Assembly: GCA_964408775.1 (NCBI GenBank) | Contig: CAYPAP010000001.1 | Location: 289,839 to 353,838 of the forward strand | Direction of reading: 5' to 3' | From: an uncultured Gammaproteobacteria bacterium | GTDB taxonomy: Bacteria; Patescibacteriota; Patescibacteriia; Patescibacteriales; UBA12465 | Length of the DNA: 64,000 bases | Shown: positions 8,163-16,942 of the stretch, in pieces | How positions within the stretch are numbered: the stretch's first letter is position 1 | Layout: each line of letters begins with the position of its first letter | Notes under the pieces: model-generated | Database searches by the model: none | What the model was told of the DNA's origin: nothing | Seen by the model: only the letters and a program-made list of their open reading frames with translations | Translations under genes and position numbers: made by a program

Positions 8163-9337
8163 ACAAAATAAAAACTATATAAGAAGATAATAGCTAAAAA
8201 TAAAAACAGATATTGCACTGGAAAAAAACTAAGAACCAAAACTCCCAAACCTGACCCAACTAAATACCCCAAAGGATAAGAGGTTCTTAAAAAATTGATT
8301 TGACTGACATGCTTAACATCAACAATCTTAAAGAAACTAGCTTCTCGCATCTCCTCAACCAAGGCCGCTCCAATACGACTAAAAAATAAAATTGCTCCCC
8401 AAACAAAGGGATTGGTTGATTTCACGAAGAAGAACATCAACAAGGCACTCATTAATATAAAAAGGCCAGCAAACATCATTTCTTTCTCTCCTAAATACTT
8501 GTCGGCGATAATACCAGCCGGAATTTCTATCAAAATAAAAGGTATCAACATGATAGAAAACATTATTCCTAGAGTGCTCCACTCAAATCCCAAATTAGTA
8601 TGCAAATAGATAGGTATAAAAACTACAGCTGAATTAAAAAATAAATTTAAGAAAAAAGAAACAAAATAAATCCCCCTTAAATTTAAATCTTTCCAAAAAA
8701 TTTTTATAGTCTCTCTTATTTTTAAAGCCTCAAAACGAACTTTTCTATGAACTTTTTTTCTATTAAAAACTATGATGGCATAAAAAACCAATAAAATAGA
8801 GGCCGATGCTAAATAAACTGGACCGTACCTATCGTCGGCCACCACCAATCTAGAAGCTAAAAAGGGAGAAACTATCCAACCCAGGTTCATAAAGGTAAAA
8901 TAAATAGCTCTGGTTTTACCTGTATTTGTATTTTTAGTAAAGCTTTCTACAAATATGTCCATATTCACCCAGATCAAATTAGAACTAACCCACATGGAAA
9001 CAAAAAAAATAAACAACCAAAAAGCCGAGGGATTCATCGCTAAAAAAAACAAAGATACTAAGTTTATAAATATCATAGCCTTGGCCGAGGCTAGGTTGCC
9101 AAATCTTTTTATAGTCTGAGGAAAGAACAACATTGAAACAAAGGTCAACAAGTTGGCCACAACAAAAAACAGTCCGACATATTCTACCGCGACTGAGTTT
9201 TCTATTAAACTAGAATTAATATAAGCTGGCAAAGCACTAGAGATGGCTAAAAATATTCCAGCTATATATAAAATAAACAAACTTTTGTTCTTTCTGCTTT
9301 TATAAATTTTACTAAAAAAAAGATCAAATCTATACAT
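8138..9337 (-). CDS. MFS transporter
   Basis: 399 aa, about 12 TM helices, MFS-like organisation. Confidence 0.7.
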   Translation of the reverse strand: MYRFDLFFSKIYKSRKNKSLFILYIAGIFLAISSALPAYINSSLIENSVAVEYVGLFFVVANLLTFVSMLFFPQTIKRFGNLASAKAMIFINLVSLFFLAMNPSAFWLFIFFVSMWVSSNLIWVNMDIFVESFTKNTNTGKTRAIYFTFMNLGWIVSPFLASRLVVADDRYGPVYLASASILLVFYAIIVFNRKKVHRKVRFEALKIRETIKIFWKDLNLRGIYFVSFFLNLFFNSAVVFIPIYLHTNLGFEWSTLGIMFSIMLIPFILIEIPAGIIADKYLGEKEMMFAGLFILMSALLMFFFVKSTNPFVWGAILFFSRIGAALVEEMREASFFKIVDVKHVSQINFLRTSYPLGYLVGSGLGVLVLSFFPVQYLFLFLAIIFLYSFYFVYIIKDSK

Positions 9338-10187
9338 TTTTTTTGGAATTACTTTTAAAATAAAATTTAGGAGTTAAAAATATTAACACCACAACTATAA
9401 TTATACTAATAAATTGAGGAAAGCGCAAACCAAAAATTTCAGGAGCAAAATCAATTCGAATAAATTCCAAACTAAATCTTAAAATAGAATACAAAGACAG
9501 ATATAAGGCGGTAATTAAAAAATCATTTTTAAAACTAACCTTATTTTTTTTAATGAAATAAAAATGAAGAGAAATTAAAATTATAAAAACAATCAAACTG
9601 CCTAGAGATTCGTATAAAAAAGTGGGATGGAAAAAAGATGTGCCCAAGTGTTCTAAAGGCCGATTAATTGGACTAATATAAACGCCCCAGGGTAAATCAG
9701 TGGGTCGACCAAAGAGTTCTTGGTTAAAATAATTTCCCCAGCGCCCTATGGCCTGAGCCAGTACCAAGCCCGGAGCAATCATAGCTGTCAATTTAAAGAA
9801 TCTAGACCACTGACTAAGGTTTTCAAAAGATTTTATTTTAACCTTTTTAACAAAAACCCATAAAGTAATTAATCCGGCCAATATTCCTCCATGGATAGCC
9901 AGTCCTCCCTGCCAAATTTTAAAAACGTCTACAGGATTTTCGATATAATAGCGCCACTCCAAAAAAATATCATAAATTCGGGCTCCAATAATTCCAAAAA
10001 TAATTAGATAAAAAGCTAGGTCAATAACAGTATCTTTTTCTATTTTATATTTTTTAGCTAAAAATAAGGTTAAGGAAAAGGCTAAAAATATCCCTAAAAC
10101 AATAAAAAATCCATACCAATAGATTTTTAGAAAGCCCCAAGAAATCAATACTGAACTGGGTTCAAAATTGTGTAATATATTTATCAT
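9330..10187 (-). CDS. lgt: prolipoprotein diacylglyceryl transferase
   Basis: Lgt motifs GIIGARIYD, WQGGLAIHGGILAG and GRWGNYFNQELFGRPTDLPWGV. Confidence 0.9.
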   Translation of the reverse strand: MINILHNFEPSSVLISWGFLKIYWYGFFIVLGIFLAFSLTLFLAKKYKIEKDTVIDLAFYLIIFGIIGARIYDIFLEWRYYIENPVDVFKIWQGGLAIHGGILAGLITLWVFVKKVKIKSFENLSQWSRFFKLTAMIAPGLVLAQAIGRWGNYFNQELFGRPTDLPWGVYISPINRPLEHLGTSFFHPTFLYESLGSLIVFIILISLHFYFIKKNKVSFKNDFLITALYLSLYSILRFSLEFIRIDFAPEIFGLRFPQFISIIIVVVLIFLTPKFYFKSNSKKNV

Positions 10188-10226
10188 TTGTTATTAATTA
10201 ACTCGATGATAACAAATCCCAAAGAT

Positions 10227-10262
10227 CTTAATAATCTTAATAATCCTAATAATCCTATTTCT
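10227..10262. repeat. tandem 9-mer repeats (CTTAATAAT x2, CCTAATAAT, CCTATTTCT) in the 3' trailer of tRNA-Leu
   Basis: Read directly from the sequence. 23 nt (ATCTTAATAATCCTAATAATCCT) are identical to 43184-43206. Confidence 0.7.
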
Positions 10263-10265
10263 CTG

Positions 10266-10347
10266 TGCGGGCGGAGAGACTCGAACTCTCATGGATTGCT
10301 CCGCTTGCTCCTAAGGCAAGTGCGTATACCAATTTCGCCACGCCCGC
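10266..10347 (-). tRNA. tRNA-Leu (anticodon TAG)
   Basis: Manual fold: acceptor GCGGGCG/CGCCCGC, anticodon stem CTTGC/GCAAG with loop CTTAGGA, long variable arm, T-arm GAGAG-TTCGAGT-CTCTC. Confidence 0.85.
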
Positions 10348-10470
10348 GAAAGTATTATTATAATAATATAAAATATTTAATAGGGCAAGGGGGCGCTGTT
10401 TTTTCATTTAATTTAAAAATATGTTATAATACTTCTATAAATAAAAAAAATAATCTTAAATTTTAAATCT

Positions 10471-12879
10471 ATGTCTTCTAAAAAATTTATCAAATTCTTT
10501 GACGAACTTCGGATTAAGGATGTCCCTGTGGTTGGAGGTAAAAATGCCTCCCTAGGAGAAATGTATCAAAAACTTTCTCCAGAAGGAATTAATGTCCCCT
10601 TCGGTTTTGCCACCACCTCCTCTGCTTACAATTATTTCATGGAAAAAAGTGGCTTAAAAAAAGAAATTAGAGAAATTTTAAAAGACCTTAGCACCCACAA
10701 CGTGCAGAACCTCATGACTCGAGGAGAGAAGGTGCGACAAACAATTTTAAAAACCCCCCTACCAAAAGACTTAGAAGCAGAAATTGTTTCAGCCTATAAA
10801 AAACTATCCAAATTTTACAAAAAAACAAATGTTGATGTCGCCGTCCGATCCTCAGCTACGGCCGAAGATCTACCAGATGCCTCTTTCGCCGGCCAACAAG
10901 AAACCTATCTAAACATCACCGGAGAAAAAGATTTGCTTTTAGCTGTTAGAAAATGTATTGCCTCTCTTTTTACTAATCGCGCCATCTCTTATCGCACCGA
11001 CAAAGGCTTCGACCACTTCAATATTGCCCTATCAGTAGGTGTACAAAAAATGTGTCGCTCTGATCTTGGCTCTTCTGGTGTAATGTTTACCATTGATACC
11101 GAATCTGGTTTTAAAGATGTAGTTTTGGTTCACTCTATTTATGGCCTAGGAGAAAATATCGTGCAAGGAAAAGTTAACCCCGACCAATTTTTCATTTTCA
11201 AACCAACTAAAAAAATAATTTATCGAGCTATTGGTAAAAAAGAGATTAAAATGATCTACAATAAAGACCATAAAAAACCAGTCAAAGATATTCCTGTTAA
11301 AAAAGATGACCAAGCTAAACAATCCATAACCGACGAGCAGGTATTAACCCTGGCTAAGTGGGGTATGGCTATTGAGAAGCACTACAAAAAGCCCATGGAT
11401 ATTGAATGGGCTTATGACGGAAAAGATAAAAAATTATACATCGTGCAGGCTCGTCCTGAAACTGTAGAAAGCGCTAAGAATCAAAACATTCTAGAAAGAT
11501 ATAAATTAGGAAAACGTGGAAAAGTTATTAGCACCGGTCAAAGTGTGGGCAATAAAATCGGAAGTGGCCAGGTAAACAGAATTATGAGCGTTAAGGATAT
11601 TAAAAAATTTAAAGCTGGCCAAGTTCTGTTAACTGATATGACCGACCCAGACTGGGAGCCAATCATGAAAATCGCATCAGCTATTGTCACCGACAAAGGA
11701 GGACGAACTTGCCACGCCGCGATTATTTCTCGAGAAATGGGGATTCCTTGCGTAGTTGGAACCAACGACGCTAGCAAAAAAATTAAAAGTGGCGAGAATG
11801 TTACAGTTAGTTGCGCTGAAGGTGAAGTTGGATTTGTTTATCAAGGTAAAATACCCTTTAAAATAGAAACTACTGACATCGGAAAACTAGCTCGACCTAA
11901 AACAAAAATAATGATGAATATCGCCGAGCCTGACACCGCTCTTTTGCACTCCTTTATTCCTAATGACGGTGTCGGATTGGCCCGCCTAGAATTTATTATC
12001 AACAACTACGCCAAAGTCCACCCTCTAGCTTTAATAAACTATAACAATTTAACGGATAAGGTCTTAAAAAATAAAATTGATAAAATCACCGAAGGCTATA
12101 AAAACAAAAGTCAGTTTTTTGTAGATAAATTAGCCGAAGGAGTGGCGATGTTAGCGGCTGGATTTTATCCGAAGGATGTTATTGTTCGTTTATCAGATTT
12201 CAAAACTAACGAATACGCCAATTTATTAGGAGGTAAGGATTATGAACCGCTAGAGTCTAACCCAATGATAGGATGGCGAGGGGCTAGCCGTTATTATTCT
12301 AAGGAATTTTTACCAGCTTTTAAGCTGGAGTGCCAAGCCTTAAAAAAAGTACGTGATGAATTTGGTTTAACTAATGTTAAAATTATGATTCCCTTCTGTC
12401 GAACAATAGAGGAGGGTAAAAAAGTTTTAAAAATAATGGAAGAAAATGGCTTGAAGCGCGGAAAAAATGGATTAGAGGTTTATGTTATGGCTGAAATTCC
12501 AGCCAATATAATTCTAGCTGAACAATTCGCTAAAATTTTTGATGGCTTCTCTATCGGCTCTAATGACCTAACACAATTAACCCTAGGAATTGACAGAGAC
12601 TCGGGTGGAACGTTAGAGGTGGCTGGTCAATCTGATGAAAAAAATGAGGCGGTTAAAATTTTAATAAAAAATTTGATAAGTGTCGCCAAAAAAACTAAAA
12701 CCAAAGTTGGAATTTGTGGGCAAGCCCCAAGTGATTTCCCAGATTTCGCTGAATTCTTAGTAGAATGTGGGATAGATAGCATATCCCTAATACCGGACTC
12801 TATTATTAAAACCACAATAGTGGTTAATGCTAAAGAAAAGAAAAATAAAAAGCATTTTATGTTAACAAAGGTCTTTTAG
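10471..12879 (+). CDS. ppsA: phosphoenolpyruvate synthase (pyruvate, water dikinase)
   Basis: 802 aa. Has the N-terminal GGKNASLGEM, a phosphohistidine region (GGRTCHAAIISREMGIPCVVG) and a PEP-utilising C-terminal domain. Confidence 0.9.
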   Translation: MSSKKFIKFFDELRIKDVPVVGGKNASLGEMYQKLSPEGINVPFGFATTSSAYNYFMEKSGLKKEIREILKDLSTHNVQNLMTRGEKVRQTILKTPLPKDLEAEIVSAYKKLSKFYKKTNVDVAVRSSATAEDLPDASFAGQQETYLNITGEKDLLLAVRKCIASLFTNRAISYRTDKGFDHFNIALSVGVQKMCRSDLGSSGVMFTIDTESGFKDVVLVHSIYGLGENIVQGKVNPDQFFIFKPTKKIIYRAIGKKEIKMIYNKDHKKPVKDIPVKKDDQAKQSITDEQVLTLAKWGMAIEKHYKKPMDIEWAYDGKDKKLYIVQARPETVESAKNQNILERYKLGKRGKVISTGQSVGNKIGSGQVNRIMSVKDIKKFKAGQVLLTDMTDPDWEPIMKIASAIVTDKGGRTCHAAIISREMGIPCVVGTNDASKKIKSGENVTVSCAEGEVGFVYQGKIPFKIETTDIGKLARPKTKIMMNIAEPDTALLHSFIPNDGVGLARLEFIINNYAKVHPLALINYNNLTDKVLKNKIDKITEGYKNKSQFFVDKLAEGVAMLAAGFYPKDVIVRLSDFKTNEYANLLGGKDYEPLESNPMIGWRGASRYYSKEFLPAFKLECQALKKVRDEFGLTNVKIMIPFCRTIEEGKKVLKIMEENGLKRGKNGLEVYVMAEIPANIILAEQFAKIFDGFSIGSNDLTQLTLGIDRDSGGTLEVAGQSDEKNEAVKILIKNLISVAKKTKTKVGICGQAPSDFPDFAEFLVECGIDSISLIPDSIIKTTIVVNAKEKKNKKHFMLTKVF

Positions 12880-12979
12880 GAACCTTCCTTTTTCCATCTC
12901 TCCCCATACAAATTTAAGACTAATAAAATTTAAGGACAAAAAAGTCAAATTCCAAATAATTATTAGAAATATACAAAAT

Positions 12980-13002
12980 AGCCCTAAAAATGGGCTTTTT
13001 TG
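12980..13002 (+). terminator. rho-independent terminator after ppsA
   Basis: AGCCC-taaaaat-GGGCT followed by a T-run. Confidence 0.6.
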
Positions 13003-13018
13003 TTTGTTTTTTAAAAGA

Positions 13019-13026
13019 CTAGCCCC
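13019..13026 (+). other. degenerate tRNA-His-3'-end-like core (CTAGCCCC) abutting a promoter
   Basis: CTAGCCCCAGGGA-TTGACT here, compared with CTAGCCACCCAC-TTGACA at the real tRNA-His 3' end (minus-strand reading of 42513-42530). Confidence 0.3.
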
Positions 13027-13031
13027 AGGGA

Positions 13032-13060
13032 TTGACTTTTTAAAAGAAATATGCTATAAT
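13032..13060 (+). promoter_or_regulatory. near-consensus sigma70-type promoter
   Basis: TTGACT, 17-nt spacer, TATAAT. Confidence 0.7.
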
Positions 13061-13106
13061 ACACTTGTGTACTTGAGATGTGAATAGTGGTTCTTTGACA
13101 ATAATT

Positions 13107-13163
13107 TTGGTTAATGTTTATAAGGGTTTTATTATAAATAGAACTTTTGTAAACATTAACCAA
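13107..13163 (+). promoter_or_regulatory. 5' leader hairpin (14-bp perfect stem, 29-nt loop)
   Basis: TTGGTTAATGTTTA (13107-13120) pairs with TAAACATTAACCAA (13150-13163). The downstream leader is A/C-rich (AAACCAAAAAAACCAATATC-ATG). Confidence 0.6.
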
Positions 13164-13198
13164 TAATTAAATCAAAACAAACCAAAAAAACCAATATC

Positions 13199-14068
13199 AT
13201 GAAAAAACTTGTTGTATTATTTGTAATTTTGGTTGCAATAGCAACCACCGTTTTTGGGCAGATTACCTCCAGTGACCTCCTCGAAAAGAGGACTCAGGAA
13301 ATTCAGGCCATCGATAAGAGCCTGAGAAAATCTGCTACCAGGGGCACCCAAGTCGACCCAGATGAACGGGAAAAGCTGGTGGCAAAAGTTGACTCCTTTT
13401 ACCAGCCGCTAATCTTAGCGGCCATGGGAAGAGAGTCTTCCGCAAGTACCACTACCTCTGCCACACCGACCACTTCTTCTGTCCAGAAGAAGGCAGGTAG
13501 TCATATTACGTATGGTAGCGATGGGAAGGTGACAGGAACCACCGAGGTTTCTTCGGAAACACCGGTGGCACCACCAAACCCCATACCAGCTCCGGCTGAC
13601 AGAAATTGTTTTGGCTCAACGGTCACCTATCAAGGAGACCAGGGGGCTTTCAGCGGCAACTCTACCTCTGTAAGAAGAGGTTCGGAGGCTTACGCTACCG
13701 TAGCCATAGCTGATGCCAACGCCTATCTGGTCCGCCAGATGGCTAAAGGTGCTAGCGCCACGGTAAATGCCCCAGCCACAGGAAACCAGGTTGGTCTGGA
13801 AGGAATGATTATAAACAAATATCGCTTCCGCGAATTGGAAGTGGAAATTGTTGGGACAAATCCCGGCAATGTTTATAAAAGAACATTCCTCCTGGGAAAA
13901 GAACAGTCCATCACGGACTACTTACTCCCAGGAAACTACAGGGCTACCATTAAAATTGTTGGACATGGATCTCCTGCGATCCATAACTTCACAGTAGCCC
14001 CCCAGCGAACCCACTCTTTCCACGGAAAGAATGTTTTCTGGGGCCTATATGGAGGAAGCTCCTGGTAA
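13199..14068 (+). CDS. secreted hypothetical protein, strongly GC-enriched relative to flanks
   Basis: 289 aa. Signal peptide MKKLVVLFVILVAIATTVFGQ and a Ser/Thr/Pro-rich linker. No family recognised. Has its own promoter and terminator. Confidence 0.6.
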   Translation: MKKLVVLFVILVAIATTVFGQITSSDLLEKRTQEIQAIDKSLRKSATRGTQVDPDEREKLVAKVDSFYQPLILAAMGRESSASTTTSATPTTSSVQKKAGSHITYGSDGKVTGTTEVSSETPVAPPNPIPAPADRNCFGSTVTYQGDQGAFSGNSTSVRRGSEAYATVAIADANAYLVRQMAKGASATVNAPATGNQVGLEGMIINKYRFRELEVEIVGTNPGNVYKRTFLLGKEQSITDYLLPGNYRATIKIVGHGSPAIHNFTVAPQRTHSFHGKNVFWGLYGGSSW

Positions 14069-14089
14069 GCCCACCTCTCAAGGCACAAC

Positions 14090-14124
14090 AAGGCACCCCT
14101 CAAAAGGTGCCTTTTTTCTTTTTA
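14090..14124 (+). terminator. rho-independent terminator
   Basis: AAGGCACC-cctcaaaa-GGTGCCTT followed by a T-run. Confidence 0.7.
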
Positions 14125-14197
14125 CAAAAAAACAACAAAAAAATCATCGCATTAAACCGATGATTTTTTAAAAATACAGAAATTAAATTTATAAACC

Positions 14198-14641
14198 CTA
14201 AGGAGTTCCACCAACATTAGGGGTTGTTGTGGTTTGAGATCCTCCAGGTAAATTTCTGAAAACAAAAGCTGTAATTGCATAAGCTAAAACCACAATAATC
14301 AACCCTATAACCGCATTCTTAATTCTACTCTGAGCTTTTTTAACTTGTTCTTCATTACCGCCGGCAGTCATCCACTGATAACCGCTAAATATCATCAAAA
14401 TAACAAAAATAACAGCTAAAAGAGATAGAAGAGTAAGAATAATAACACTAATAATTCCCTCTGCTTGAACAGATTGAGAAAATCCAGCTGAAGATATAAA
14501 GGCGCCCATTTGTCTCTCTCCAGAAGAGGCTACCTCCTCCGCAGGGTTACCTGCCAAAACATTATTAACCGAAAAACCGAAACTAAAAAAAACAGCTAAC
14601 AGAATTATTATTACAAATTTATTTTTAAAAAGTTTTTTCAT
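14198..14641 (-). CDS. TrbC/VirB2-like 'T4SS pilin' family small membrane protein (paralog 1)
   Basis: Signal peptide, variable region, TM1, conserved loop QWMTAGGNEEQVKKAQ, TM2 (AVIGLIIVVLAYAI). Confidence 0.75.
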   Translation of the reverse strand: MKKLFKNKFVIIILLAVFFSFGFSVNNVLAGNPAEEVASSGERQMGAFISSAGFSQSVQAEGIISVIILTLLSLLAVIFVILMIFSGYQWMTAGGNEEQVKKAQSRIKNAVIGLIIVVLAYAITAFVFRNLPGGSQTTTTPNVGGTP

Positions 14642-14645
14642 ATAA

Positions 14646-15047
14646 TTATTGTTGTATTCTATTTATAAAATATCTATCTATCAAACTCCAAATAGCATAG
14701 GCTGATAACGTTATAATTAATCCAATAATAGCGCTTTTAATTCTCTCCTGAGCTTTTTTAACTTTTTCCTCATTGCCACCAGCGGTCATCCATTGAACAC
14801 CACCAAAGATTATCAAGATTATAAAAAGAACACCCAAAATAGAAAGAACCACATTAGCCACTAAACCCAGACCACTAGCCAAGGAAGTTTCATCAGCAGA
14901 AGAATAACCACCGCTTTCGCCAACTTTTTCTAAACGACCCAAAATACCAGAAGAATCACTTTCATCAGCAAAAACTAAAAAGGGTAAACACAATAAAAAA
15001 ACTAAGAAAATTGCTGAAAGAAATGAGTTTATATTTTTTTTAACCAT
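14646..15047 (-). CDS. T4SS pilin-like protein (paralog 2)
   Basis: Same architecture. Loop motif is QWMTAGGNEEKVKKAQ. Confidence 0.75.
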   Translation of the reverse strand: MVKKNINSFLSAIFLVFLLCLPFLVFADESDSSGILGRLEKVGESGGYSSADETSLASGLGLVANVVLSILGVLFIILIIFGGVQWMTAGGNEEKVKKAQERIKSAIIGLIITLSAYAIWSLIDRYFINRIQQ

Positions 15048-15081
15048 AGAAAAATTATTTATTTAAATTAAATCCTAATAA

Positions 15082-15501
15082 TTAAACCCCGGAGGCCTGA
15101 TTAATAAACGCCCCTATTACAAAAATAGAAATGGCATAGGCTGTTAAGACTATTACTAACCCTATTATCGCCCTTCTAATAATACTTTGAGCCTTGCTTA
15201 TCTTTTCTTCATTTCCGCTAGCAGTCATCCACTGAATTCCTCCATAAATCATTAAAATAATGAAAAGAACACCTAGAATAGAGAGGACAACCTGGACTGC
15301 TGTTCCCACAACTGTTTCCGGAGTAGTGGTTCCACTGATATCATAACCCATTTGAGAAGCGGCGGCACCCAAGGCCTTGTCTTCACCAGATCCAAAGGCA
15401 TCTGAAAGATTAGCAGCCTTAGTACTGGAAATAAATAAAAAGCAAAACAAAAATATTATTAATAAAAAATGAATGGTTTTAAAATAATTATTTTTTTTCA
15501 T
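15082..15501 (-). CDS. T4SS pilin-like protein (paralog 3)
   Basis: Same architecture. Loop motif is QWMTASGNEEKISKAQ. Confidence 0.75.
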   Translation of the reverse strand: MKKNNYFKTIHFLLIIFLFCFLFISSTKAANLSDAFGSGEDKALGAAASQMGYDISGTTTPETVVGTAVQVVLSILGVLFIILMIYGGIQWMTASGNEEKISKAQSIIRRAIIGLVIVLTAYAISIFVIGAFINQASGV

Positions 15502-15523
15502 AAAAACAATCTAATATAAACAA

Positions 15524-15934
15524 TTATTGCAAAGAATCTGAAAAAGCTGTAACCAATAAAATACTAATGGCATAAGCTAACAAGACTACAGCTAAGCCAA
15601 TAATGGCCCTAGTAATAGTAGACTTGGCTCTCTCTAGTTTTTGTTCATTGCCCCCAGCAGTCATCCATAAAATCCCTCCTAATATTAACATGATCATAAA
15701 AAGAACTCCTACGAGAGACAAAACTATATTGACAATCACACCAGCCCCAGAATCCAGAGATCCGGCACTATTAAAAATTTTTTGACTAGTATGTCCTGTC
15801 CCCTTGGCTGTGGTTTCTACGCCAGTGCTCTCTAGAAAAGAAAAGGCATTACCAACCCCTATATTTAAAGAGAAAAATAAAAAAAAGATTAAAGGTAATA
15901 TAAGAATATAATTTTTAATCTTTTTTAAACTCAT
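15524..15934 (-). CDS. T4SS pilin-like protein (paralog 4)
   Basis: Same architecture. Loop motif is LWMTAGGNEQKLERAK. Confidence 0.75.
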   Translation of the reverse strand: MSLKKIKNYILILPLIFFLFFSLNIGVGNAFSFLESTGVETTAKGTGHTSQKIFNSAGSLDSGAGVIVNIVLSLVGVLFMIMLILGGILWMTAGGNEQKLERAKSTITRAIIGLAVVLLAYAISILLVTAFSDSLQ

Positions 15935-15947
15935 AGAAAATTAAATT

Positions 15948-16412
15948 TTAACAGTATAAACTAATATTTTCTAAAATATTTTTTGATGTTCCACCACCAT
16001 CAGTTCCTGCCGGATCGGAGCTGGTTAACTGTTCTCCAATAAAGGCGGTAATTGCATAAGCAGCTAGAACTATGATTAAACCAACAATTGCCTGAACAAT
16101 GAGACCACGTGCCTTTGCCACCTGTTGTTCGTTGCCTTGAGACAGCATCCATGTAAGACCTCCATAGATTATTAAGGCCATAAAAATAACCCCGATGAAA
16201 GACAGAATGGCCCCTATTAATATACCTAGTCGACTAGAAATAAAATTACCGGAGCCTTTGGAGTTATCAACATCTTCAACACTAAAAGCCTCCCCCAAGT
16301 CCCCCACCTGAACTGTTTCCCCCAGACCATAAGAAGCCTGGACTACAGCAAAAAAAGAAAAAAATAAAAAAACCACTAATAAAAAAATGATAAATTTATT
16401 TAATTTAAACAT
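15948..16412 (-). CDS. T4SS pilin-like protein (paralog 5, most divergent loop)
   Basis: Same architecture. Loop motif is TWMLSQGNEQQVAKAR. Confidence 0.7.
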   Translation of the reverse strand: MFKLNKFIIFLLVVFLFFSFFAVVQASYGLGETVQVGDLGEAFSVEDVDNSKGSGNFISSRLGILIGAILSFIGVIFMALIIYGGLTWMLSQGNEQQVAKARGLIVQAIVGLIIVLAAYAITAFIGEQLTSSDPAGTDGGGTSKNILENISLYC

Positions 16413-16546
16413 ATTTTATATTTTAATAGCAAAATATACGTCCATTGTTGTAGGCACTTTAATAATAAAACGCTCACAACGATGGTGCTTATTTCTAAAA
16501 ATAAGCACCGTACTTCCAAAATCGACTTTAGAAATAACACAAAGAA

Positions 16547-16942
16547 CTAGTTTCCGGTTGCAGACATTAATTCGTTTAGAACAAATGAAGCGATTCCCCA
16601 GGCGGCTAGAATTATAACCAAACCGATAACACCGGCTCCTAATAATTTTTTGGCCTCGGCCACTTTCTCTTCATTGCCTCCAGCGGTCATCCATTTAAAT
16701 CCACCCAAAAGAACGATAATAACGGCGATGATTCCCAATAAAGTTAGAACTACGTTAATAATTTGGGCTATCATGGTGCGAGGATCTTTTTGTCCCAAGA
16801 CAATCTCTTCTCCTCCTGCGGCCCCATTAATATAATTATAACCGAAATTATCTCCGGCTGCCTCTACTCCAGCAGGCAATACCATCAAAAACGGAGTTAA
16901 AAACAAAGAAACTATAAACAAAGAAATTATTTTTTTTCTCAT
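16547..16942 (-). CDS. T4SS pilin-like protein (paralog 6)
   Basis: Loop motif KWMTAGGNEEKVAEAK. Strong SD (GAAAGGTGGTGA) upstream. Confidence 0.8.
   Translation of the reverse strand: MRKKIISLFIVSLFLTPFLMVLPAGVEAAGDNFGYNYINGAAGGEEIVLGQKDPRTMIAQIINVVLTLLGIIAVIIVLLGGFKWMTAGGNEEKVAEAKKLLGAGVIGLVIILAAWGIASFVLNELMSATGN

Noticed and set aside
10188-10466. 92-aa plus-strand ORF
   Set aside because: It runs straight through tRNA-Leu(TAG) and its 9-mer repeat trailer. It has no SD or family signal.
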